Source: Takakia lepidozioides (Eukaryota; Plantae; Bryophyta). Taken from it: 64,000 nt of DNA. Numbering within the stretch: position 1 is the stretch's first letter; every line of letters begins with the position of its first letter. Below are positions 12,718 through 25,614 of the stretch, piece after piece. The translations under genes were made by a program, and so were the position numbers. The stretch spans positions 45,136,001-45,200,000 of the forward strand of contig CM060732.1 of assembly GCA_030704615.1 (NCBI GenBank), in the 5' to 3' direction. The notes under the pieces were generated by a model that did no database searches, was not told the DNA's origin, and saw only the letters and a list, made by a program, of their open reading frames with translations.

Positions 12718-13465
12718 TAGTTGTATGCTAGAGTACTCATCGTCTTTCCTCATGTGAAAATCCTGAAGTTTAAGTCATCATGACTTCTGGTGCAACCACC
12801 AGGTCTAAGCAGAATTCTGGTCAACAACAAGCAGCAACGTGAATATCCGAACTACAAGGCAGCACTATCAATAGTCCACACTCATTTACTGCATGCATAA
12901 GGAAACTTGCAGATATTCGATGTGTGTCAAACGAACTGGGCCACGATGAAGCATATTTGCCAGACAGGAAACCGCCCATACCTTTACTCACAATTTGGTT
13001 TTGTAAATAGCCGAGGCTGATGACTGAAACCAACCAGCTCTGATTTTTTTTCTAATGTTGAGACCAACTTCTATTGTTGAGTTAGCAAATGCACATCTCT
13101 TACCGACCATCCTTGGTCCAGATAGACTTCTTCGCTTGTACATTCAAATAAGGTCTGTGTATCAGGGTATCAAAGCAGTGCTAGTACTGTTTAAAGTTAT
13201 AGCTTATAAGAAAAGGCGGAATGTTGACTATATACAAGTTCTATACAGGGCAATTGCCGTCACGACCTCATCAACACTGTACGGGTGAAACGGCGGCGTT
13301 ACTTTGTCGTGTAGTAAAGCTCCCCAACGAGAGTCCAACGCATTTTCACATACTAACATAAGCGTTGGTCTCCTCCAGCTCACTGAAGGTTCTCAAACCT
13401 GCATGCCCATCTTACGCAAACCTTCGCGATAGGTCCTCAGGGGCCAGAGCGGCCCGGTTCTTGAT

Positions 13466-15259
13466 TCAACGCCACTCCGACTTTGTGTCTTGACTGTACA
13501 TCCTGCAGCAAGCATGGAGCAGAAGCACAGGTAGAGGGCCAAATTACTCAAGAGAATATACTATCCAGGCCCCAGCATGGAGACAACAATAGTCAAGGTT
13601 GAGAGAGGTTCGTGAGGTGCAAGGCTCCCTATTTTAGCACAGGTGACAGCACAGGCACTCTTTGATTAGGTCCGTGCAGATGGCTGCCCTTGCACAGACG
13701 GCGGGGAAAGAAAGACTTTTGAAGCTCCTAAATGGCGCTACGCAGACACTGCTGCGTCTAACTGCCGCATGTGAAAGCAGAGCGCCCTGATCCCAATGGA
13801 TGGCCCTCTTCTCGTCACTTGTCCAGGGTAGTGATCACTACCCTGCACACGCATTCATCCCAAGCACAATTACCCCGCCTAACCCTCTCAGAGCTTTGTC
13901 CTTGCAGTGCATCGGCATGAGTCTCAATGGACTCTTCGCCCGATGGTGCATCAGATGAGTAGTGTACGAACAATTGAATAAAGATCCCCACTGTGACTTG
14001 CAACAGTTCATTATTTACGGTGTACACAGGTTGTCACAATAACCATACTGCATGCAACCAGAGTACATGAATAGCGCTGTTCCAAAGTGTTCAAAACACT
14101 ACTTCCGAAGCTGTTTTACAACTTACCAGTCATAAATCGTCGGAGAATTCGGCTGTGCTTTGTCGAACTTGTCTGAGCCTACGGCCTTCATATCTTTGTT
14201 GCTTCCTGGTTGAAAGACACTCCGCCAGACGTTGTGTTTCGCTCTTCTGACTACACAAAACCGAAGACAAAACTGAGGATTTTGGTATCCGCAAGCAGGA
14301 AAGCCTAATATCAGGTATATTATTTACAGTGAGTTGCAAATCGTCAACGTAATTTTAGGCCAAACTATTATGAAGTACACTAGTATGTATACCCCGACAA
14401 CAACTCTCGAAAGAATCTCAGGAGCCAAACCTTCGATAACCAGACATCACAACCAAACTGTATCAACAACTGAAAGTTCTACACGCGGAAATGCCACCAG
14501 GTGGAAGGGAAAAAGACACTCACGACTAGGAGAGGCGACCGACGGAGAGATGGGAGGGCTAGATCCGAAACTTCCAGGAGATAATAGTGGAGATTCGGTA
14601 TCCAAGGAACTCAAAATAGGAGGCTTCTTAATCTCTATACTTTCTGTCAAACGCCGGGCCTCAGTTTGGGAGTTCTGGAATTCTCCACTGAGGCGGCGAT
14701 CCATCGATCTTTTCGCCGCATCTGCAACAGATTAACGGAAGAGTTATAATTGATCGATCGTATGTAAGATCTCTGCAGGCCAAAAGATCCAAATTCTAGG
14801 AATGTGCTCTTGATCCTTTGAGTCTATCTTAACGTGCACATAGTACTTCCAATCGGGTCCATTGGTCCCAAAATGTCGAACCTGTCAAAGCACAAAGAAG
14901 GCACACGCAACATATTCTGTGAAGCTGGTCGTAGGAACTAAAAATACCGCAAAGTGCCTCAACAAATTGCATTGTTCGAGACAAAACTTGTCACCTCTAA
15001 CAACGAGTGGACTCTGACCAAAATGCTACTTCCAACTGACCTTCGTGGTACAGTCTAAGTGAAAACGTATCCTCGCTCGATCAAGAAACTACAGAACTCA
15101 GACACGCAAAGAGGATTAGCTGGAATCAGTACCGTCTGACAAAGACGTAACATCAGCAGGCAGAGTGACACTTTTCCTAAGCTTCGTCAGGCCGCTCAAG
15201 CCATCCTCAGGCTTGGGACCTGCAACAACATCGTCCCAGAGCTTGTCCAGCAGCCCCAT
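13466..15259 (-). CDS. DRM1: Dormancy-associated / auxin-repressed protein (DRM/ARP family). Exons 15259-15133, 14721-14524, 14250-14127, then either 13842-13815 or 13502-13466
   Basis: N-terminal MGLLDKLWDDVVAGPKPEDGL and C-terminal NVWRSVFQPGSN...PNSPTIYDW family motifs. All introns are GT-AG and in phase. Confidence 0.92.
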
Positions 15260-15574
15260 TCTGCAACAACAGCAACAACACGCAGCTTGCGCCTTCAAAT
15301 CCTTGGGCAAGAAGTGAGTACGAGGAAGAGGGCAGAGTTAGGAAAGATAAGTATCGCACCTCGTCTAGTCATGGCCTTCCGTTTTACCGCCATAATCTAC
15401 TTCGGTAAAATAATGCCACATGTATTGCAGGAGTAACTTGAACCGGACGTTCCGGTATCCTACCGATAGTCCCAGTAGCCAAGATCTCGAGGGCGGCGCG
15501 GCTGCTCCATCCCGGTACCCGTACGTAACTCGGCCACCCCCAGCACCGATTACATCCCGTTCCCGGTCACCATC

Positions 15575-15658
15575 CCAATACTACCAAGAGAACCATTTCA
15601 GCGCTGGGGGCTAGACTTCGTGGGACCCATTAAACCTCCAGCAAGGTACACACGCTAG
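15575..15658 (+). mobile_element. Ty3/Gypsy integrase stub
   Basis: Translates PILPREPFQRWGLDFVGPIKPPARYTR*, the motif around the first catalytic Asp of rve integrases. Confidence 0.75.
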
Positions 15659-16809
15659 ATCTACCGGCTGTCGGCAAAGGCGACGGCGTGGAGCCGGTTT
15701 CCCGGGCGCCAGCACCCTGCACGGGTTGCCAGGAAACTCGCCCGGGGCTTCGTGGCCAGCAGTTGTGTCAAGTGTGTCCGAATACCGACCAGATCCAGAA
15801 GTTTGGCTGTACCACAAGAACAAGGATCACCGCTGTTTGTCACGACTTGCCTCGATCGATTATTCTTCATTTTCCCGGCGGGTAGATATGATTCTTTGCG
15901 TGCTGTAAAAATGACAAACGGAGGGTATATGGATAGGGTATGCGTCACGGGGCATGGGCTCGTCCTTGCCGCGTCACCACCACCGCCCGTTCTCGCGCCC
16001 CGTGGCATCCCGTAAGAGGCTGGGAGCTTATTTACACTAAAAATACCGAAGTTTCCGGACTGCAGTCCGATCGAGAAGATCTGACGCTTTTGGCGAGGTG
16101 GGAGTTGCTTTAGGTCGTACGTACACTAAAGGCACGACTGGATACAGTATTTTTAAGTTTCTTTCGACGTGAAGTTCCTTGGTGGTCAGATTAAATTTAC
16201 TGTGTAAGGAGGGGAAAATTTCAGACACTCTGGAAGACATTGATTGATAGTAAACAAGAACAAGGACATCATCTTCATCATGAAAGGTGAGGAGCATCAG
16301 AAAATTTTGACTAAAAAATTTCTCAGGAATAGGATCTTGCTGGCACTTGTGATCAGCCGCAAATGTGGTCTCAACTCAAATAAGCCTAAGACTGAACTGA
16401 GTCTGATCAGCAAACAGCCTAAGAACTGCCTTTCTGGATAGAAAGATGCGATTGAGTTGAAAACTATTATACCTCTGCATGTCGATACTGATGAGCTACT
16501 CCATAGATAACATCATACTGAGTCAGATGTGATCTAGCAATGGGTTCTGAAGCAACTGGTGCGAGTGCGAGTCGTACTTTTCCTGGAAAGATTTTTCGGA
16601 CTGGTTTCTTGCGCTAGCAGTAAATTGACTCCTCGCAAGGTGCATACTGGATGTCTGTCATGTTGCTCACTAGGGTGCAAAAAGAAGAGGAACTGGTGCT
16701 GAACTGGTGCAGACACCTTAGGCCTTAGGAGCAGCAAGCACTTTGTAAGTTTTGTCACTACTAACAAAATTCAGAGTCACTGATTGACTGCTCAACAACT
16801 TTAGGGGGG

Positions 16810-17164
16810 TCAGCTCCGATGGTCAGCTCCCACAGCATCACCAACCGACTTGAAGCCATCAAGCTCCAGACATTCAGCCAACTCAGCCTGCATCCCCAAG
16901 CTAATGCAGATCAAACAAAGTTCTCTTTCCAGATACTGTAATAGTAGAACGTTGCACAACATGCAGTTAGGGACACTCACTTGTTCTAGCATAACCAAGT
17001 GAGAAAACTTGAACTACACTGAAACTCTTACAAAAAACATTATCTCTGTGACCTGGACACATACCTTGATACGTGGCAAAATGGCTGGGCCTTCGAAAGC
17101 AAATGCAGTGTACAGCTGCACCAAGGAGGCACCGGCCCGTATCTTCAAGTATGCATCCTCCCCA
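16810..17164 (-). pseudogene. PYRD: Last two coding exons of a class 2 dihydroorotate dehydrogenase (17164-17065, 16887-16810); no upstream exons seen
   Basis: [33 protein letters not shown] / AELAECLELDGFKSVGDAVGADHRS*, with canonical splice sites. Confidence 0.85.
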
Positions 17165-18253
17165 CTGTCACCATTTCATAAGCAAGCACCATCAACTTAA
17201 AAGTACCCACTGCCTGTAGATTCTGGCCTGAAGTGCCAGAGGGTGCTGGTTTTTGAAAATGAAAGTTCATCATCATGAACAGATTTGGCTTGTTGACTTA
17301 TGGAACAGCTCCTGTTGAAGGAGGGTAACACAGGTCTATTACTTCCTACACTTCTGTCAAAGAAACACAAGGATTGTGCTAGAAACAGCAGAGCACAATG
17401 CATCAATCACAAAATGAAAGCAGCTAAAGCTCTTTCTTTTCACTATTGACAAGATGCCATACTGAAGTACACTGAGGTATAATGTGGGGCCTTGGGATGC
17501 CATTCTGGACTATAATTCTACTATAAAAAATAGTCTGCGTCGAGTTCATGAATTAAACTGCAATCTTCCATCTGCATGTAGCCTTAATTTTCCTTTGTTC
17601 AGGCGTATGGGGAGCAGGTAAGACTATCTGAAGCCAATGGATAGCAGCAGTGAAGGAGATTTCCTTTTAACGGCGCGGAGTCTACCACTCAAGTTCCTAA
17701 GATATACTACCGCTTGAGACTAACAACATGGATACATGAGATCCTGAGAAGAAGTCAGGAGAGAAGGGGAAAGATTCTCACAGAAGAAATAGTGCCAATA
17801 GGTAAAGTTTGATGATGGGCTTGCAACACTGTATCCACCTTTGGTACTTTGGGCAGTACCTGCACCCACCTTACAGACCTCACAATATTAAGGTCAGCCC
17901 TGACAACCGAGAGATAGTCACCTCGTCCCTCCACCTAACAGTGAAGTTCACCTTCTACAAACAAGGAGCCTGTGATCAGGCCACAATGCAAGCTCAGTGG
18001 AGAAGAGCTAAGATTTGAAGAAAGGATGGCACTCCAGCTACACAGGTGATATGGACAAAAGATCGTTTCAGGGCCAGCTTTCAGATAAAAAATTATAATT
18101 CTGCTTCCTTTATTGCATTCAGTCTTGAAGCAAACTGCCAAGTTGTGATATAGAACCAGGCCAATTAAGCTGCTCGTTTGCAACAAGTAAAGAAGGTCCC
18201 ATAGATTTCGAAACAAGGGGGCACTGCAGTCAAACCGACGTGTGCCAAAGGAG

Positions 18254-19330
18254 TTAATTATTGCATTGCAGAGAAACTTTAATAATAACCGCAGCAAGAA
18301 AGGAGAACACTGATTCAGTTGCCAACACCCAAACACACAATGAAAGATGAACATGAGGACCAGAACATACAGCAAGTTCGTGCTTTGTGCGGGGGGGACC
18401 TTCTTCCTCGTCGCTGCTCCCTCCCTTGTCCTTATTTCTCGGTTGGTCAGCATTTTTTATCTTCCTTCGAATCTCTCCCACCACTGTCGCAAAATCTTCT
18501 TTCTCTTCATCACTGGAAGATTCTGACAGCTCATTGATGTCCTCGTAAGGATCGCTGTCCTCCAGAGCCTCAATCTCATCTTCCTCCTGATCTTTGACCT
18601 CGCTCTCTTCCTTGGCGCTGCTGTCGGTTCCGTCCCCCTCTACCGATTTCAGACCCCTCCCTTCCAAGCTCATCAGAGAGAGGTGAAGAGAGCCTACATT
18701 CTTCTCACACTCTGATGTCCGGCTGTCCTTTCGATCCGTATTTTCTTGTCTGATTTCGCCACTCTCCAGCTCTTCATCCGGAAAGAATAAAGTCTGTTTC
18801 TTCCCTTCCTCTCCTAGTTCTCCATTTGTTTTCTGTGTCTTGGCTTCGATCATTCCCCTCGTGCCTTCTAATTTAACACTGTGGATTTCTGGCAAGATAG
18901 CATCCGACGGGCCAACATGGAACTCACCTCTTCCAGTACCAACAACAACCCAGTTTGCACTACTTTCATCTTTAACTTCCTGCCCATTTTCTTGTTCCAT
19001 TCTCTCTTGAAGGCTCTGATATTCTCTATGTAGCGGTTCGACCTCTCCCGTCTCGTCCAACCAGCTGTCCCACAGATTCTCCCCCAGAGCAACCTCCCCG
19101 TCAGTAACCAGCTCGACTAGTTCCGCTCCCACCAGAATTCCACTACCCATAGTTCCACTAACGTCAAATTCAGGAAACACAAGCTCGGCTTGCTCCATGT
19201 CCAGCGCAATGCCATTGGCGAACACATCTCGTCCAACGTCTCCATCACCCTCCACAGTGGGCAGCCGAAACAAGGAGCCCGGCATTGTGCAGCTAATCGG
19301 TGGAAATTCCACAGCAGGCTCGCCAGACAT
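18254..19330 (-). other. Unassigned 358-codon acidic ORF, probably transposon-derived
   Basis: More than 1 kb open, E/D/S-rich, no motif I recognise. Partly duplicated at 1-716. Confidence 0.35.
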
Positions 19331-21151
19331 GCCTCTTCTGTTTTCCCCCTCAAACTAGCTGCCTCGCACTTTGTGCGTGTGCTGTGTAAGGCGCACACCT
19401 TGCCTAAAACCCTCGGCTTTAGCCCCAGTTCACTAAACTGGGTGACGCCGCCACCCAGATGATCCCTCTACAGTGCCTTCAGACCTAAAGTCGGTTTAGG
19501 TTCCTTTCCAGCTGCAGCTAATCACGTTCGGAATTGTAGTAGTACTTTGCATGCCACCTCAAGTCCGGTAATTATGCACAGCCACATCACCACAGCCACA
19601 AGCGCTCATTTTGTGTTTTGGGAGCAAATCGATCCCACAGCAAATCAGGTATTCATCAGATGTCAAGCCAGGTGGAAGAAATGGTGGGACCATCAACTCT
19701 GCTGGATGAGTTGCAGCTGACTTTGTCACCGCCAGTCATTCATCTCTTGACTCCTGCTTTTCGTGATCAGAGCGCGCCCTCTCATTGCGTGTGAGAAGGC
19801 CGGAGGTTTAACATCATGCTGCAGATTGACGGGCCAGACTGTGGAGCTGTGAGCTGGGTAGCCAGCTCGGCCAGGGCGGATATCGAAGCCTTCAGAGCGA
19901 TGGTTCCGCAGCCATCAGGGATACTCGATAGAGGTATGGAGTCTGGTCATAAAAATCGTTTTGCAATTTCTGGGGTCTGGGAACTTTACTTCGGAGCGAT
20001 TCAGGCTCCATACTGTGCTTTTCCAACTACCATCTTGGTCGAAGAATTTGACTTTGTGGGAATGCATCGGCATTCCTATTCCTCCTTCCATCAGGTCCTC
20101 CAGTAATTGTTCGAGTATGTGGAATGTACGTTCATATTCATTTCCATTCATGGCATTTGAGAGAATGAACTCATGAGACGTTGTTTGCGGTAGCCTTGTT
20201 TCCATAGACCCCAAACATAAGCTTGGCAAGGGGTTACTGCCTTGAGCGGAAGAAAGGGAATAGATACTATCTTCTGTAAGGGACTCACTCAAGTGACTTA
20301 CCGTGATATAGACAATTAGTTCGGGTTTTTCAGATATCCTCTAGAAAGCCCTTCACACAAGCATCAACTTGCTGCGGGTGAGCTGCCCAGCAATTAGACC
20401 CCGACAGGGCAAGGGCTTTAGGCCTCAGGAATTACAAAGTTGGTAATCAGAGGTGCGGAGACAATGTTCTTGATGTTCCTGAAGAGGGTCACTCTCTGGT
20501 GAGAATATCCCGGACAATGTATCAGATAATTGATATTGTCGTCAGGATGCCCACACATCGGGCAATTACAATCTCCTCTTTGTCCTGCATCTGTGTATTG
20601 TTCAAAGGTAGGCTTGCCGCCCTAGTTCAATTTCAGTCTAGTTCTGAGGGTAGGTAGGACCTGGAGATCATTCTTAAGGTCCTCGTCCATGGCATATGAG
20701 AGATAGAGAGAGAGAGAGTGACTCATCTACACTGCAGCCATTGTAGCCCCTGTGCGATCCCCTTTTTTTGGGAAATGGCACCGCAAGCTGATAATTTTCT
20801 TATGGTGTTTGCATGTCGGCCAGACAGTGAGCAGAGATTAGCTCTGGGAGGTGTTCTTCTCGGATCCTTCACAGTTGTGGGACAACAGGTTTGGTAAGGT
20901 TAGGCTATCTTCATTAGAAGGTGCAAGGCAAGATGATGGTTTGTGGAGTTGTATCTTCAGCTGCTCTCACATTGATATATGCACCTTCAGTTGTTTGTAT
21001 TTATTCAATTTCTTTCTTGAGATAGCTCCCTGTGTTCGAAATATTCTTGTCGTTGTGGTGGTTGCAGCCTGGACTACATGAGGCTGTGTTTGAAGTATGG
21101 CTGCGCAGCTGCCCACTTGTGGTTTGCACATAAAAATCCAAGATCACCAGA
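18489..21151. repeat. Segmental duplication block A, copy 2
   Basis: See 1-2543. Confidence 0.97.
20163..20691 (-). mobile_element. LINE family B 3' end (duplicate of 1549-2077)
   Basis: Part of block A. Confidence 0.7.
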
Positions 21152-22060
21152 CTTCAGCCATAAGTGCACAAAGCGGCCCTTTGGAGTGAGCGTGTGTCGA
21201 ACCCAGAGCTAGCTTCCTTGATACAAGGTCAAGTGCAATGTGGTGATGTTCGTATGGCAGACAACTTGAAAGGCCCTGCAAATTTTAAGCCAAAGGCAGT
21301 TTTGCAGACTCCAACACTTACGTCTGTCTCTTTCGGGAGTGCATCGACATGCAAGGCCTAGCAGAGGGAAAACAGGTGCATGCTCATATTATTCAAAGTG
21401 GATTCAAGGCAAACACCTTTCTACTCAAGACCCTTGTCAACATGTATGCCATGTCTGGGACCCTGGTGGATGCTCAGCAAGTGTTTGACCAAATGCCTGA
21501 ATGAGATGTGTTCACATGGACTATGTTGATGGCAGGATATGTCAAGCATGGGTGTGGTAGGGAGGCTGCCCAGATGTATGTGCCAATAGCCCAACAACGT
21601 CACTTTCATTGGTGCTCTGAAGGCGTGCGCCAGCAAAGGAGCAAATATGAGCATGCGAATAAGAGCCTTGGAAATGGACAGAGGGGTACATGCTGACATT
21701 AGTAAAGCTGGAATTGTGCCAGATATCGTTCTGGAGACTCTTGCTGCCTTGCTAAGGAGGCTCCTTGCAAGGCTCGTAGGAGACTGCCCTTGCGGACATG
21801 TATGCCAAATGCGGAGTGTAGAGGATGCACACCACGATATGGCTGAAATATGAAATGTGGTCTCATGGAATGCGATGATTCGGAGGGTATGCTCAACATG
21901 GGTATGGTAGGGAGGCGTTGGAGATGCATGGCCAAATGAGACTGGATGGGGTGATGCTGGAAAGAAGTCACATACATTTGTGCTCTCAGTGAATGGGCTT
22001 GCCTGGCAGCCCTGGAAAAGGGCAAAGAGGTCAAGCTGACGTCATCAAAACTGTGAATCC
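21078..22060 (+). pseudogene. PLS-class PPR pseudogene (PPR-Y), truncated, no E/DYW domain
   Basis: DSNTYVCLFREC..LAEGKQVHAHIIQSGFKANTFLLKTLVNMYAMSGTLVDAQQVFDQMPE*DVFTWTMLMAGY, with stops and frameshifts. Confidence 0.9.
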
Positions 22061-25000
22061 ACCGGATATCATTATGGAGAGTAGATTTGTGGACATGTTG
22101 TGACCGTGACTTTGTTTCCTGTAACAGAGCTAGGAAGTTTCTGGCAGCCTGTGATCATGTGCCCTCCCTGCATCTGGCTTGGTTCCTTGTCACCTGGGCA
22201 GAATTATATGTCAAATGATTCAGGGTCCCCACCTTCAAATCAGCTTAGATGATGGGCTTATGTCATCTAATCTACTTTGTACAATTGCTCAGCCTTAAGT
22301 CTTCTTCGAGGGTCAAATGTCACAAATCAGAATAAATTCAAGAATTGTAGGCTACTAATCTGGATTATTCTCTATCATTGAAACCTGAACCCATTTCTAC
22401 AAAGCCTTTACTGACGACCCGGTTTCCTGTTTAGAAGGCAAGCCTTCTGAATCCTAAACTTGTGGCTCAATGGATAGTAGTTCATACCACTTGCCAGACT
22501 GTCTCTTCTTTGGAGGAATTTGTTGAACACTAGAGAAAAGACAAGCCTTTATAGGATGGAGAATACCAAGTTTTGGATTTTGAAAACAGCACTACCAGCC
22601 CATATTAATCAAAGTGTGCCTCTCCATTTGCTTGTTCTCTGAGGATTTTGAGCATAAGACATCTGATCTCCAGGGTTCGGGGCGGGCTGTGGTTTTGGCA
22701 TCGGCTGGGTGAGTAGGTTCTTTGAGCAGTCTTCAAAATGACCTTTGGTTGTTAGTGCAGTCACAGTGGAGTGGTATACTCTCTCCTCGTCTTTGCCCTG
22801 AAACTCCACAACATGCTTGCATATTGCTTATCAATGCATGTGCAATTGGTTTCTGCAGTAAGAAAAAAGGTGACTCATTCTGATAGTGAAGTTGTACTCT
22901 GGTTGCGGGTACTGAGGCTGCTTTCATGGCTGCAAGAGTGCTGCTTCACACCCTGGGCCTCTGTGCAGGTAATCATGGCAGCTTGTTAGAGATCACCAAG
23001 TTCAAGGTTTTTACATACTGGCATTTGTGAGAATAGTGGTTGTGACAGAAAAACTAAGGAGATCATTCATGTAATCACAGAGTAATGTATTTCTTTGTGC
23101 GATATTTTATAGTAATGTTACTCTCTTATATTGCGGTTTATGTGACCAGGATGCTCGCTTCCAACCCCCCCCCACCCAAATCTAGTGGATAATCCTTGCT
23201 GGAGCCTGGAAGCAGCTGTTGTCTGTGGGCCTTCAGGTATTTAGATTTTGCAGTGATTTCCAGCAACTATTGGTGCAACAGAAACTGGGTTAACAGTACA
23301 CTTTTTGGCACTCTTACGGTTATATGCTCGCTAGACTTTTTCGCAATTTGGTTGGGGAATCCTCTAACCCTTTATTACTACTTTTGTCTAGGCAACCATA
23401 GGTATCCATTACCTATATGCGCTTTTCCCATGTAGGCAAATAATAAGGCGGGCAGCAGAGGTTTACTGCTGTCAAGGCAAAGGCAGTCGATATTAGCAGC
23501 TAATTTGATCCGATTTATCGTGTAGCAGTGTGTGAGCTCACATATTGAGGTATCGTTGAAACCAAAGCTGGGACTGTGTGATTTGCCACTCAATTTGAGA
23601 AGGTGGGGTTTATAGGATAAGGGGGGTGCTACAGCATGGTGAGGTCAGCAAATTAAGAAAACAGGCATGGTAGCTCCACAAAGACTAGAAAAAAGTAATC
23701 AACAAATCCAATGAACGAGCTGCAAGTACCATTTCAAAGTCCTGCTGCGAAACTGCTGTGAAGACAAGTGGATGTACATCCTCATCGTGTCTTTCTACCT
23801 CATCGGGTCTGCTGTCACACGAAGGCTATGGTACTCCCGAGGTGGTATGCGCACATTACCACTTGGGCTACAACTTTGGTTGTCTCAAAAGGAACAGTGT
23901 GTCGAGAGGCAAAGTTCAACGGCTTTGGCAAAGTCTTTGAGAAACCAAATGAAACTCTCTTTGTAATTTCGAAAGTACTATTCCATCAAGCTTGTTTATA
24001 TACAACATTGAACAAGCAGTACGACCCGACCACCAAGGTGGGCCCGCCTAAAGACAAAGGGTTCTTTCAAGTACTGGGCGGTTATTTGATTTCTTTTATA
24101 CCCTTGGGTCCCGGTTTTTACAAAATCTTAGGATCAAAGAACCTCCAGTTCTGGTTTTTTCAGATCTTAGAACCACCGGTTCCGGTTACTTGTAAGAACC
24201 TCAAAGAATAGGTGGTTTTCATCAAATAATCGGCGGGTCTTGGCAGATCTTTGACGGTTTTCAGGCTGGTTATTACAAAACAACACAACCGGCTGTTATG
24301 AGCCTTTGCCGGTTCTTTGTTTTTTTGAGAACCGCGGTTATATATATCCAGAAAACCTTCTTGATAACCTCCGGGGGTTTGTAGCTGAATCAACCAATAC
24401 TGGTTCTTTCCCAGTGGATGGGTGAGATCTCTTGAAGATCTGGGTGGATGACTCTAAATAAAAGAAAAGAATTTAGAAAAGAAAAGACACACGATCACGT
24501 ACGTGATATTCCGTCAGATAACGTCCCTGCAAATACAAAGGGATAAAACCGGAGAATGTTTTGTGAAAATAATAATAGCAACATCCTTTTGAGTTTGATA
24601 GTTTGATAGAGCAGCCTTATGTGCGTCACGTGATTCGGTAAATCCTGTTTACCTCGTGTCATGTCATATCGTCACCGTCTGAGGACGATTACTTGCTTTG
24701 AAAGAGAGAGAGAGATTGGCGAAGGAAGCGGCGGGGGATGTTGTGGATTGCAAGTGCTGCAGCGATGCGGCGACATGATATCCGGATCTGACTCTGCAAG
24801 TTGACCCTGAGTGAGCTGCGCAACTTTGTTCGGAGATCACCACATGAGTCGGAGTGCAGATCGGCAGGAAGATGCACAAGCTGGTAACTTACTCTTAGTA
24901 AGCTCTGCCATGACCTTTCGGATTTCAGTGCTAGTGACGTACACCTGAGTCTGTAGATGAGTTGAATGTCCACGTGCAAGTCTGCGGAAGGTAGCTACTA

Positions 25001-25614
25001 CTTAACCGAATTCAGTGTCAGCTCGTTTGCTGATCAATCAGCTTGGAAGCCGGCGGAGGCAGGCTCACCTTCTTGCAAGTTAGTTCGTTGATAACGGGAG
25101 CTGCATACTAAATACAATGTACCTCATCTCGGGTCCATTATCCGTAGACTTACTCACCTGGACCCTCTTCTTTACGCATGCTTGACCCAAACGCGGAAGA
25201 GAAAAGACCTGATTTCGCCACCTCCTTCAAACGTGTCCTCGTTGTTGAGATTACCTGCCTCGATACCATTTACTTACGGATAGATTCCCCGTGTTCCAAC
25301 GCTATCTTGGGTCCCGAAGTTAGTTATTTTTGGGAGGTGAGCTGTACTCCTCGCCGAATTCATCTCAACTCTCTACCATTGCCCTAACCATCATTGGACG
25401 AGAATAATAAGCTGTACGATCCATCACCCGAACCGCGGTACGATCCAAAGTTCGCAGTACAAGATTATAGAAATGAAATAATTCGACGTTAACACCGTAA
25501 ATTGCATTACATAATATGCTGAGCATCTTGTTGATGAGATCCGCATCTGCAATGAGGTCCTCATTCTCATGGATCATATTGTGGTATCAGAAAACATTCC
25601 TTGAGATATGCCCA
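21252..25614. repeat. Segmental duplication block B, probable donor copy
   Basis: The left end is continuous with PPR-Y here, whereas the 3873-8255 copy interrupts another gene. Confidence 0.95.
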
